Shown: piece after piece, positions 49,201 to 60,031 of the stretch | How positions within the stretch are numbered: the stretch's first letter is position 1 | Layout: every line of letters begins with the position of its first letter | Assembly: GCA_964658305.1 (NCBI GenBank) | Contig: OZ210885.1 | Location: 1,302,001 to 1,366,000 of the forward strand | Length of the DNA stretch: 64,000 nt | Direction of reading: 5' to 3' | Source of the DNA: Leptogorgia sarmentosa | Taxonomy: Eukaryota | The notes under the pieces: model-generated | The model's input: the letters and a program-made list of their open reading frames with translations, nothing else | Told to the model about the DNA's origin: nothing | The model's database searches: none | Position numbers and translations under genes: made by a program

Positions 49201-51556
49201 CATGGAACACATAAAAAATAAAACAGCAAAGTGTAAATAACATATACGTACTCTGTTAGGCGATTGATCAACTCTCCACTGGTATGGGCATCAAACCAGC
49301 CAATCTCTTGATGAAGTGCACTGCGAAATAACGCCAACCTCATCTTGTGCGCTTGCCTCTCTGCAGAAAGTCCAAACAGACCCATGCCCATCCAAGCAAA
49401 CAGAAAGTTAGCAAGGGAAAAACCAACATACCATAAACCTAAAATTTTTTGAAATGAAATTATGGTAATTGAAGTAAATTATAATTTTTGGGAAATTAGA
49501 AAAAAATTCGATACTAAATGCCGAGATGTTTTTCAAAATGAGTTTCTCAATTCGAAATTTGAACTTGTAACAATAAACGCTTTGCTGATCCTATTGGTAA
49601 TTGAAGGCTGCTAAAAAGTAAAAAAATATTTGTGGCATGCGCACTTTCAATAATCCGAGATGGCCGCAGGCTTCATTTCTGAGAAACTATTTAAAGAATC
49701 AAGCAACTGTTTTCTAAACTTTCTGAGACTTCAACTGTGTTTACACTGCTACGGAAGAAGATTCGAGATGTTTGGATATCGGATTTGTTTTGTCATTGAC
49801 ACTAAAGAGCATGAAACCGATATGAAGCAAAGCTATCATGAATCCGAAACTTTTGAACTGGGAAACGTTTATGGGATCAATTTGAATAAAGAAAGTGCAA
49901 TGAATCCGAATGCAAAATTTCGTTTAAATTAAACGCTTTCCAAAATGAATTCCAATAAATTTGGTTCCTCGTAGGAACTTACGTAGGAACGTATTACCAT
50001 GCAATTTGTTTCAATCACGCTCTAATAATGTATCAAAGAGTCAGCATCAAAATTTTGTCTCATTGCATGTCAATTGTTTCTTCAGGTTGCGTATAGTGTC
50101 CTCCTCATAAATTCGTACACTCGATTTTCATTGTACAATTTCGTGCAAAGTGCAGTTAATCGCCTTTCATATATTTTACTAATTGCAGGATATTGTGAAA
50201 GCCAAGCGGACATATTATACAGACCTATGGTTGTCATGGAGTCCTCCAGATCAGGTGGATCCGTACAGTTCCTCGTATTCCGGCAAAGTGTGAAATCCAC
50301 AAAATCATCAACCAGTTCCCCCATTAATATACACTGCACTGGTGCAACGGCGCCAAAAAGAATGCTTCCAATTACGCCAAGGAACATTAGAAATTTATCT
50401 ATCCCATCCGCGAAACGAAACTGAAATTATAATTTCGCAGGTGAATAATTAGTATATCAATGAAAAAGGATATGTGACATGAATGGCTGGTTTCCCAAGG
50501 GTGGGAATGGATAGTAAAGTTTCCTTTGTTTTCATGATATTAGTTTCGCTCTGGTGACCTCATCGCAAAAGAAACTGAAGAACAAAGAGCTGGTCTGAAT
50601 AGCTTTTATAGCGAGTTGGGCCAACTCGAGCACCCTAGCTGAGTTAATCCACTTGCCGAGATTGTTTACAGGTTATTTTATCAGGATTTCAATGGTGTTT
50701 GTTTTAATTTCAGGGAGCATAATAATTGTACTTTGCATGCAAAGAAAGACGAAACAAATTGTTGTAAATTTGAACATCCACGCAGAGAGTTGTGGCGGGA
50801 AATGAGTAAATATATATCATTTTTCGCTAAATGTAAATCTCAAATTCATACTCACCAACTGCCCAGGTGGCACCAACTTCACCTCAGCCTCATTATCACT
50901 GAAAGATTAAAACAGAATTGTCATTTTATTGGATGCAATACTAAACTATTGATTGTGGGACCCTTCAGATTGAAGGCAAATGACCGGATTCATTTGAGCA
51001 ACGTAGCTACATGAACTTTCATATTTTCTACTCTCATTATTTCAAAAGTCCTTTCGCCTCTGCCTCGGGCGCTGAAAATTTTCTACTTGCACGAGCCATT
51101 CACGATTTGAATGTAAGGGATTAGGGATATAATTATAAGGACCTGTTCGTATTAGCAAATGTAATTCCGGAAAGGAAAAAACATTTCAACAAGTTTACAA
51201 GCGAGATCTCGCCTTGACTGCGAGATCATTTTTGTCTCATATAAACACGACATAACCACAACTTTCTCGTTCAACGGGGAAACGTTGATTGTTTCTTTCG
51301 TCACTCCCGATAAACCTCTCTCGGTAAGCGGGATAACTTTTCTCTACATGAACAGCACACAATTATTTGGCTAGTCGAAATGCTAATATGGATCGAAGAA
51401 CGGGCTGTTAGAGTCCGATCGAAGGCCCGTGGAACGCCAAGTCGTTGGACGTCCCACATTTGAATTAATTTTAACTTCACTATACCTCGTCTTTGTTGAA
51501 GGTTTAAACCCCACTTCATCGCCAGAACTAAGAAGAGGAGTTTTCTCGTTAGACAT
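31272..51556 (-). CDS. ABCB1: ABCB1/MDR1 (P-glycoprotein)-like full ABC transporter, 28 coding exons, about 1258 aa
   Basis: Exons 51556-51486, 50898-50856, 50420-50225, 49438-49252, 49008-48837, 48755-48631, 48097-47981, 47582-47528, 46884-46771, 46118-46008, 45383-45258, 44698-44495, 44052-43882, 43394-43233, 43147-43078, 42988-42921, 42263-42111, 39335-39216, 38886-38809, 38141-38058, 36908-36714, 35539-35439, 34911-34771, 34478-34322, 33702-33505, 32791-32585, 32065-31919, 31475-31272 are all GT-AG, phase compatible and total 3777 nt; TMD-NBD-TMD-NBD with [13 protein letters not shown] and [13 protein letters not shown]. Symbol denotes family likeness, not proven orthology. Confidence 0.93.
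34190..34298. repeat. 30-bp intronic tandem repeat, about 3.5 copies
   Basis: Unit approximately atccatataagaattgaaagttaggcttat. Confidence 0.85.
37179..37462. mobile_element. MITE with internal 10-bp repeats
   Basis: Inverted termini actctagggtccaagatcgcc / ggcgatcttgcaccctggagt; flanking direct repeat containing ttctgtta; internal ggcgatctta units. Confidence 0.75.
37472..37921. mobile_element. hAT-like MITE
   Basis: Perfect 14-bp TIR caggggcgtaggaa; 8-bp TSD tctgttag/tcttttag. Confidence 0.88.
39492..42100. mobile_element. Composite non-autonomous hAT-like element with two right ends
   Basis: Perfect 15-bp TIR caagggcgtcaatcc, perfect 8-bp TSD atttactt; extra internal right end at about 40370-40505; internal inverted repeat 39777-39916 / 39975-40117. 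Confidence 0.9.
40506..41920. repeat. Palindromic satellite: 13-bp subunits in 190-bp fold-back units, ending in a 13-bp ccgtggttataag array
   Basis: agtatcgtggttgaaatat recurs every 190 bp (40592, 40782, 40972, 41162, 41352, 41542); subunit gatactcaaccac alternates with its reverse complement. Confidence 0.93.
46559..46727. mobile_element. Short TIR element (hAT-like MITE)
   Basis: gaggctgcggaagattgataattggggg is inverted relative to cccccaattattgatcttccgcggcctc; TSD not evident. Confidence 0.6.
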
Positions 51557-52626
51557 GTTTAAAAGAAAGCTTTCTCGGGTGCAACTTCAGTTGATCAACG
51601 TTTCTGTCAGGTCGGGCGGTTGTACTGGCACTCGCTGCAGCGTTGAACTTTGAATTGATAATGATCCAGTTCAGTGCTCATGGATTAGCAATTAAAAATT
51701 TCTGCATATATCATCCAGTAAAATATCATCTTTGTTAAATCTCATTTGACTAATAGCTAAACATGTTAAAATTGAGCAAAATAAAAGCCTAAAACTGGCA
51801 AATGCAAGATGAGCTAACATTTGTTTCGGCCCATGCATGGGTTACGCGTGTTCTACACTTAAAACAAGAATTTCATGATCAGTTGGTTCGAAAAACAGAT
51901 TAGTTGAAAAATCACTTTTTATCTTACTCTATAGCCTGTGTTTGTATGCCTCCATTCCAATACTTTAATATAAGCTTTATACTTATAAGTTTTTCTCATT
52001 AAGGAGCAAAGATTTTCTGATAAAGAAGACCGATTGTACACCACGAAGAATGAAGAAGCGACCTAACTAACTATATTAAATAACGCAGAACGCCTGCTGT
52101 CGACCGGTACCTGTGCCATAATCAAATTACAGAAGACAGAAGAATCGTAGCGATCGAGTTGTCTTGTAAAGGGAAAGAGGGAAATGTGGTACTTATAGTA
52201 TCTTTTTATCGATGTGATAGTTCACAGTACGTTACTACAAATTTATATTAATGCAGGATATCATGAATTCACTTGCATGTGAGCTCCTACCGGGGCTATT
52301 TCTCACTATACCCATCCAATAATTATATAGCTCTAATAGTTGTGTGCAAAAGTGGTCTTTTCAGATTGATAAAATTGATTTTGATTGTTCACTGAAAACA
52401 CGGACTTGCTTGTCAATGATCAAATTATTCTTAATTTTCACCCGAACAATCAACCTCTGTAGGCTTCAGACTTTTTGCCCGCGGTCGCTATATCAAATGA
52501 TTAAAGTGATTAAAATGCGGTCCAATGTTGCAATTATTCTAGCATAACTAATTACCGTGATAAAGTTATACAATTTTTGGCTATTAAATTCTAATGCAGT
52601 ATTAATTAATGCCCATAAAGCAATTA

Positions 52627-53367
52627 CTATTTTCGTCCTTTGACCTGCATCATGCTCATTGTGAACTTTGCTCTTCCATCTTCTTGGATCGATTTCCTCT
52701 TGAATTCTTCGAACAACGCTTTATCTGGCAGTTCTTCGATCTTTTTAGAAGTTGAGGCAGTAAAGCAAACGGCAAATTCCTCAAAAGAGTTATAATAAAA
52801 TGTCTTTGGCGTAACTGTTACACTTATATCATTAAACCCACAGTCCTGTAGCAGTTTTGTGGTTAGATCTTTCTCTGGAAAATTCACATTGGCCGATGTG
52901 ATCAAACGATTGTCGATATCATCTTCTGATGGAGCGAGGCATTGAAACGCTATCAACCCTCCTGGTTTAAGACACTGGTAAGCTACTTTCACATACATTG
53001 CTTTTTCTTCATTGCTCAACCAGTGATAAACTTGGTTACTGAAATGGAGGTCGTAAAAAGCTTTGTTATAATTCAGAAAACCAGACTCACTATTTCCGAC
53101 GTAAAAACTTGCGTTTGAAAGGATCTTCACGTTTTCTTTAGCCACCTCTATTCTTCCTTGGTCTGGGTCAACTCCAACAACTACGCCAAGATCTCCAACT
53201 TTTCCAGCCATGTATTTTGCCAGTTCGCCCGTACCACAGCCCATATCCAAAACCTTATCACGAGGTTTTACGTCCAATGTTGCGATAAAGTTGCAACCAG
53301 TTTTGAATTGAGCTGAAGACACGGAACTGTACAGAGCAGCACATTTTTTATTTTCCTCTGATGCCAT
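52627..53367 (-). CDS. Class I SAM-dependent small-molecule methyltransferase (Tam/JHAMT-like), single coding exon, 246 aa
   Basis: Motif I VLDMGCGTG, acidic GVDPD, FSNQVYHW, LKPGG; ATG at 53367 follows a splice acceptor near 53398. Confidence 0.88.
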   Translation of the reverse strand: MASEENKKCAALYSSVSSAQFKTGCNFIATLDVKPRDKVLDMGCGTGELAKYMAGKVGDLGVVVGVDPDQGRIEVAKENVKILSNASFYVGNSESGFLNYNKAFYDLHFSNQVYHWLSNEEKAMYVKVAYQCLKPGGLIAFQCLAPSEDDIDNRLITSANVNFPEKDLTTKLLQDCGFNDISVTVTPKTFYYNSFEEFAVCFTASTSKKIEELPDKALFEEFKRKSIQEDGRAKFTMSMMQVKGRK

Positions 53368-54550
53368 GTTGGAGTGGCTAGGTATTGTAACATGCACTGA
53401 AATCTGAAGCCTTTATTGATCATCAAGCGCAATAAATGACATCTATCTTGCACTCCGCACTGTACAAGTCTGTACCAGGTGTCGGTTGTATAAAATGCAT
53501 GTCAAAAGCATATTTACCTTAAACAGTGGGGTAAGCAAAGATTTTAAAACACTCCTATAATGAATTTTGAAGACAATGTCGCGTTTGATATAATTATTAA
53601 TTTTTACGACGGCTGCCAACGGGTGGTTGTGAAAAAGGCAGGGTTGAACAAAAAATATGTTCACCACAAGAAATTTTCACTTGCTATTATGACCAGCAAA
53701 AAATTGCTCAGTTTCAGCATTTTGAAGCTGATCAAAATTTATATCCTGGTCGCACTTCCAGAATTTCTTGATCTTATAAATAATATTAATCAAAGTTAAA
53801 TTATTTTATCAACTAAATACGTAGTTCTATAAATTATGTATAATGATTGTGTTCAGAGAAAAACGTTTAGTTTTTGGAAGTCGATAGTTGATAGATTTGT
53901 TTGATATTTTTTGTTAGCCACGGTACAAACTTTACATTTTGCACAAAATCCTCATAATATCGCACGTCACCAGAGGTGAAAATTGATAGACTTTCCCCGC
54001 ATGCTATGTGCGACCGGGCTTTAAATCTGCCGGCTTTTTAGTTGGCAAAATGATTGAATGAAGTTTTGCTATAAATGCTATTGGTTTATCGTTTGCAAGG
54101 AATGCTGCGATTTATTATTTTATTTCGACGACAATGCTCTTTTGTGAGATCTATTTTTTCTCAAATACAAAAAGAAAATAAACAAAGAATGTTTTCATCA
54201 AACTTTAATCAAATCATCAAACACAGTAGACATGTCAATTATATATTTAATTCGGCATGTATGTAACTGATCAATAATTTAATATAGAGATTAATAGACT
54301 AATACAATATCATATAAATTATAGTCTGTTTTTTTAAAATTCTATGACAAACAAAGTTAAATTAATGTCAAAATGTTATGTTGTCAATGAATGTTGTTAT
54401 CAGTGAGATCATTAATTATTTTTGTAATAACCTGTAGCAACTAAGACTCCGGTTTATAACTTCCCCTGCTATTTTGGTGCGATTTTCTCCTTTTAATAGA
54501 TGTGAATTATTGAATAAATGCACTAATAACGAATGTGCTGAATGCATGTT

Positions 54551-54822
54551 ATAGATGATGTTACTCTGAGTGAGCGTCCACACCGGGAAGGCTGAAAAAT
54601 TTTCCTGGCCTAACCCGCTACCTTTGGTTTGCTAGTCCAATGCTCTACCAACGAGTGTATGATATTTCGGAACTCACTAGTTCCTTCACAAATCCCACCG
54701 AATCCCGCCGAGGCCAGGCAAATTTTTCAGCCTGCCCGGTGCGTCCACACGCACACTCAAGGTAACATCACTATAACATTCTTCACCTGAGAACAATGGA
54801 ACAACGACTAGAACGTATAATC
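54551..54822. mobile_element. tRNA-derived SINE-like insertion with fold-back arms
   Basis: 16-bp direct repeat gtgctgaatgcatgtt at 54535-54550 and 54823-54838; minus strand gttggtagagcattggactagcaaaccaaagg resembles a tRNA D arm and anticodon arm; inverted arms of about 55 bp. Confidence 0.7.
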
Positions 54823-54949
54823 GTGCTGAATGCATGTTTCCTAACCTGAAAATTCATAACTTGTTTACTCCTTCACATCCGTCAAAAGGAGAAAATTACA
54901 CTGGAAATCGCAGCGAAGTGTAAACTAGCCTTTATTACAGCACAACAAG

Positions 54950-56919
54950 TTAAACCGAGCCTTGTGAGCCATCTTTTTGAAGCGTTCCTTTTCCAACTCT
55001 CTTTCTTGCCACAAGAAAGAAATCTTTTGGATATCGAACGCCACCTGGCTCGGAATCCAAACATGGTTTTTTCCCTGAGTTGGAAACATCAAAGTGAAAA
55101 TGATGCAGCAGATTTGAAGCAACCACAAGTAGGTTCATCTTCGCTAATGACTGGCCGAGACATGAACGAATGCCTGCGCCAAACGGATAGAAACTGATCG
55201 ACGTATTCCAACCACGGAAGTTGCCATCTTCATCCAGAAATCGACTCGGATCAAAGACCAGAGGTTCATCCCATTCTTTAGGATCATTATTGACACGCCA
55301 CATGTTTAGCAAAATCTTTGTATCTTTAGGGATGTCGTATTCTTTAATCTTCGTGTCGCGCAATGTTTTTCTTCCTAGCAATGGAACGGGCGATGCATGA
55401 CGAATCGTTTCACAGATAGTTGCTTGCAGGAATGGTAGGTTATCTGTGTCTTTCCACGAAGGAGCACGATCTCGTGGAACCACAGCATCCAGTTCTTCGT
55501 GCAGTCTTTTCTGAACCTTAACCAAATCAATATACAAAATTTCAAAAACAACCAAATTTAGTAACTGATGGTTGTAGGATATATATGCAATTATCTTACG
55601 TGTATACCACACAGTTTCGAAGAACAGACTGACACAAGCTCTTAGAACCAAAGTTTAGGGCATTCAAATTGAATAAAATTTTAAAAATTTCATTTTGAGG
55701 AGAAATCAAAATAAAAAAAGAAAGATAAACTAGTTTCATGCACCACTAGCTACCCATGCATCAGTGCGTAGGGATGGCTTCCCAGGCGCATTTTTTAGTA
55801 TATTCCTCATTAGGCGAAAATTTGGGCAAAGACGGAAATGGCATTGGTTTGTATCAGGGTTGTTTCAAAACCCAAATAAAGTTAACGTTTGTTCAAAAAA
55901 GCACGATATATAATACTATACGTATATAGAAAAAAATTATCATTAAATATGATAAAAAATACCTCTTGGTATAATGCCATGTACAATATAAACCAACTCA
56001 AAGTCGCAGTTGTTGTATCACTAGACGCAATAAAGAAATCCATCATGATTGTTTTGATATCGTCACTTGTGCCGATATCTTTTCCCTTTCCTACCACTTT
56101 CTCTGCTTCATACGCAGCCAGGAGGGCGTCAGCAATATCGCGAACCACACCAACTTTGAAAGTTCCTCGATGCTCCTCGAGAAATTTTCCGAAAAATTCA
56201 TCCCGCACCTTCTTCGTTTGCCGGAATCTTCTCGGGATGTCAAGTGGAAGATATTCGTAGAACGGTAAAAAATCTATGTTGGTCCACTGGTGACTCACAT
56301 AGAGCACATTGTCGACGAAGGTACGAAGCGTTTTGAAAATTGGATCTCCAAAGTCATGCCTTTGCGAAAGAAGCCATGAGGTGGTCACATTAGTGATAGT
56401 TTGAGACAGCACTTCCTTTGGACAAAACGGTGCTTCGTTTGTTTTATCTATGTGTTCTAGCAGTTGTTTTATTTCATGTTGCACTCGCTTTTCTGCGGTT
56501 TCAACGCCCTCTCCGTACATGTGCAATGCATGCGTTATAACTTTACGACAAAATATGTAAAAAGAAGCATACGGAACAAAGGGAACAGCTTTATTGTTAA
56601 ATAAATCTCTTGCAATCAGTCTTGAACCACTGGGCCTGTTGGCAAAGTCATCTTTACTTTTGACAAGCATTTCGTGAATAACCCTGCCACTGTTCACGAT
56701 TATAAAGTTTCCAGAGGGAACACGCAAAGTGAAGACGTCGCCATATTTCTCTCGAAGATGTTCCATTGAAAAAGGCATGTTCTTCCCAACAAGATGAGCA
56801 TTACCAATCAATGGTAACGGGAAAGGACCAGGAGGTAAAGTCTTTCGCTGCTGCATTGTTGAATACATATACCAAACACAATAAACGAAAAAAATAGAAA
56901 CTGCCAACTCGACCAACAT
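54950..56919 (-). CDS. Cytochrome P450, clan 2 (CYP17/CYP1/CYP2-like), two coding exons, about 507 aa
   Basis: Exons 56919-55963 and 55516-54950 (phase 0); N-terminal TM anchor, PPGPFPLPLIGN, I-helix ASSDTT, ETIR, PSRF, heme motif FGAGIRSCLG. Confidence 0.93.
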
Positions 56920-58439
56920 GACTCTAACCTGAAAAAGAAAGAACCGTCATCTTGAAAACTAGCTAAACCAACAAATGCATAGGACTAATGGGAAACTGTT
57001 ATGATTACGGCAATGAATATAGAAGTGACATGCTCACTGCCTTTTCTGCATGCATGTTTGAACCATTGACATTTAATATATGTATTTATAATATAAGTAG
57101 GGTAAAATCTGCAACGTGATTGGCTAATGAGCGTGCATTATAACAGCGTAATGCACGCATCTAGCTATTAAATTTCTCCCGCGACTTTTTGGTTTGACAA
57201 AAAGACAATAAAAATACATATATACTAAAAATACATCCATAAATAACGCTTGAATTGTTTGCTTTCGCTCAGCTAAAGGAATAAAGCTGTGTTGCTGCTT
57301 GGCAACATTTGAGAACACGCTTGATTACATGTAAAGAGAATTGTAGTTTTGATCTTCCTAACGAAGTTTTTTGTTGCGCTAATATTCTATTATATTATAA
57401 AAGAAATAGTTTTGCGCGTTTGACATGTCATGAACATCGATACTGGTCAACCCTCGTCAACTCTCATCTTCATTTCGCCAGCGTATGAGAATGTCACAAC
57501 TCTTGAGCAAACTATAGCTTCTCAGCTCTGATCCCGCCTTAATTCCTGATATCTGGCCAGTGTGAGGTAACGTGCATGATAACAACATCAACAAACCGCA
57601 AGTTATGCCCACTACTGAGATTCCACATTTCGACGTATCCTCATAAGCTCGACGACGTCCTTGCTCAAAAGTCAAAACGTCGAATCTTATTGTATCCTTC
57701 TTAGCTAAAGTTTAAGTAGGGCCCTTGCTTCACGTTAATTCTAGGACACGCATTTTAAAACGCTATACAGTTTCAAAAATTTAAATTGTCTCTACGCATT
57801 GTTTCATCTTACTTACCCAGTTAACTACAAGGATATCCGCGGGTCTACTGCCGATCTTTTGGATTCAAAAGCAAATAGCTTTGATGTACTTTGATTCTGC
57901 TGCACAAAATTTACTGCCTACTTCGCTGGATTAAAATCCGGAAATGGATTTAACAGCCTTAAGTTGTTTTGGTTCCCGTCTACTGATTATTGCCTATTAC
58001 AAAAACATTTAAGTCAAAGTTCAGTTTTATGCATATGGTAGATAATGGCACAGGCCCGTATTTTCGATCTACTAATCAAAACCAAGTACGAATTATTAGC
58101 GCATACAGCAAATATCATTTTGAAGCAACAAATTGACAAATTTAAGGTCAAGGTTTATGTCAGGACAATGCTATATCACAAAGGTGTAACTGAATATTAA
58201 ATATAAAAAGGGACATTTTCATATATATCAAGTTTAAAGTTAGTCGTCATTAGGTCCTTATCCAATCAGATGCAATAATCTAGTAACTTGCCGAGCATGC
58301 GCACAAAAAATGGATACACTATGTTCACCACTGTGTCTCTACTCGATTTTTTTGACTCATTTCAACTTCTTAACTGATCTCTGTATACCTGTATACATAA
58401 CTGAAGTGTAAGTGTGCATGTTTGTCGTTTGAAATAAAC

Positions 58440-58555
58440 GACGCTTTCTCGATATATAAACAACCGAAATATAAATAGAGTAAATAACCTTCACCCGAAC
58501 GAACCACTATTCTGACCCTGACCTATTTCGGTTGTTCATATATCGAGAAAGCGTC
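58440..58555. repeat. Short fold-back element
   Basis: gacgctttctcgatatataaacaaccgaaata is inverted relative to tatttcggttgttcatatatcgagaaagcgtc. Confidence 0.8.
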
Positions 58556-58679
58556 AAATAAACAGGCCTGGGGCTTCTTAACACTATTTTGGAAATGACA
58601 TTTTCCGGCTTCGAATTTCAAAAATTTTGTAGGTAGTATGCATTTCAGGCCAGATCTTCTCAGTCATGCTTAAATACCT

Positions 58680-58863
58680 CTACCTCCACGACGGTCCCTT
58701 TAAATGAATAGAAATTGGCGCAGGCGCAAATTTAGGGAGCGCAGGCTGTTTGACACTTGCGGGAAAGTCAAGGCAAAACTGCCTGCGCATCCCTAAATTT
58801 GCGCCCGCGCCAATTATTGATTTCTATTCATTCAAAACATAAAAGGGCCTCTGGGGAAGGTAG
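58680..58863. repeat. Palindromic MITE-like hairpin
   Basis: aatgaatagaaattggcgcaggcgcaaatttaggga pairs with tccctaaatttgcgcccgcgccaatt...tttctattcatt; ends ctacct/aggtag. Confidence 0.75.
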
Positions 58864-58928
58864 TAAATATCTTCTAATCAAGAATTAACATGGCCGAATT
58901 AGAACAAGTTTCTATTAATTTGCAACTA

Positions 58929-59343
58929 CAAGGTGTCTCAAAAAAAAGGTAATCGAACTTTGGCATGCCATTGTGCGTTAATTACTGGGTGTACGAACGT
59001 GATTTTTGCATGGTCATAAAGATCAAGGTCTTAGCAGTTGAATGACATATTTCTTGTACGATATGGAAGAAAATCAGGCAAATGCGAGCGTGTTGAAAAA
59101 TCTCGGTGAAAAACGCATTCTTTCACCTCTGAGAATTGCAGCTAAACTTATTCAAAATTAACTCCCTCTGGGACTCGAAGATGACGACCTTCCCTTCAAC
59201 AATCGACCTGATTATGCATAATTATTAATAATCCTGATAAAATCTTTGTTACCATGACACATACGTGATGAATTGCATTTTTCTTTTGTTATGCACTGCT
59301 TTAATTAGGCACAGAGTTCGATTACCTTTTTTGAGACACCCTG
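58929..59343. mobile_element. Tc1/mariner-like MITE
   Basis: TA TSD; TIR ca(a/g)ggtgtctcaaaaaa..ggtaatcgaact. Confidence 0.88.
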
Positions 59344-59859
59344 TATAGCAGAGTACAATGCTTTACGCAATTAAGGACATTACGTAATTTGCTTTATACG
59401 CGCACGAGCGTGGGAGGGGAGGGGGGTTCACGGGTATGTAAAGGTATGATATGAGGGTGGTGAAGGGTAAAATGGGAACTGGAATTTTTACCAGAGAAAA
59501 TAGAATTTCATGCATTGTGAATACCCCCCCCCCCCCCCCCCCCCCACCTTCATGAGTCAGCCAGTCAGGACCCTCTAACCCTCTAGTTTAAGTATAACCC
59601 TGTGAAATTTGCAAATTTTGTACATATATTTTTGTATTACACGCGGTACAAAGGTGTCGAGAAGGAGAAAATATCCACACGTTGTACAAGAATATACAAA
59701 ATTTGTTTATTTGGGTGATAGATACTGGATTCTGCTTTTCTTGCCTACATTAACATTGCTTGATTATATTACTCGAAATATAATATATAAAAGCTGGAAT
59801 CGTCGATCATCGATTATTTTGCAGATAAGTAATCATGAAAATGATTACATAATCATCGA

Positions 59860-59951
59860 CCAATCAGATAGCATCGAATCGTACGATTGACCAATTAGAG
59901 CGAAGATGATTATCGCGTGCCCGCCGGCGTCTTGTGCGTAAAAACATGGCG
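59860..59951 (+). promoter_or_regulatory. Likely housekeeping promoter motifs of the CEPT1-like gene
   Basis: CCAAT boxes at 59860 and 59891, CpG-rich patch, YY1-like AACATGGCG about 80 bp upstream of the ATG. Confidence 0.4.
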
Positions 59952-60031
59952 TGTAATAATTGAGGACGATGGATATATGCATTGTTTAGACCACAGAAGC
60001 AGAAAGATTTATCGATTTTAAAGAGATCAAG

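Noticed and set aside
54610..54655. tRNA-Ala(AGC) gene
   Set aside because: Acceptor stem and T arm incomplete; embedded in a repeat with TSD.
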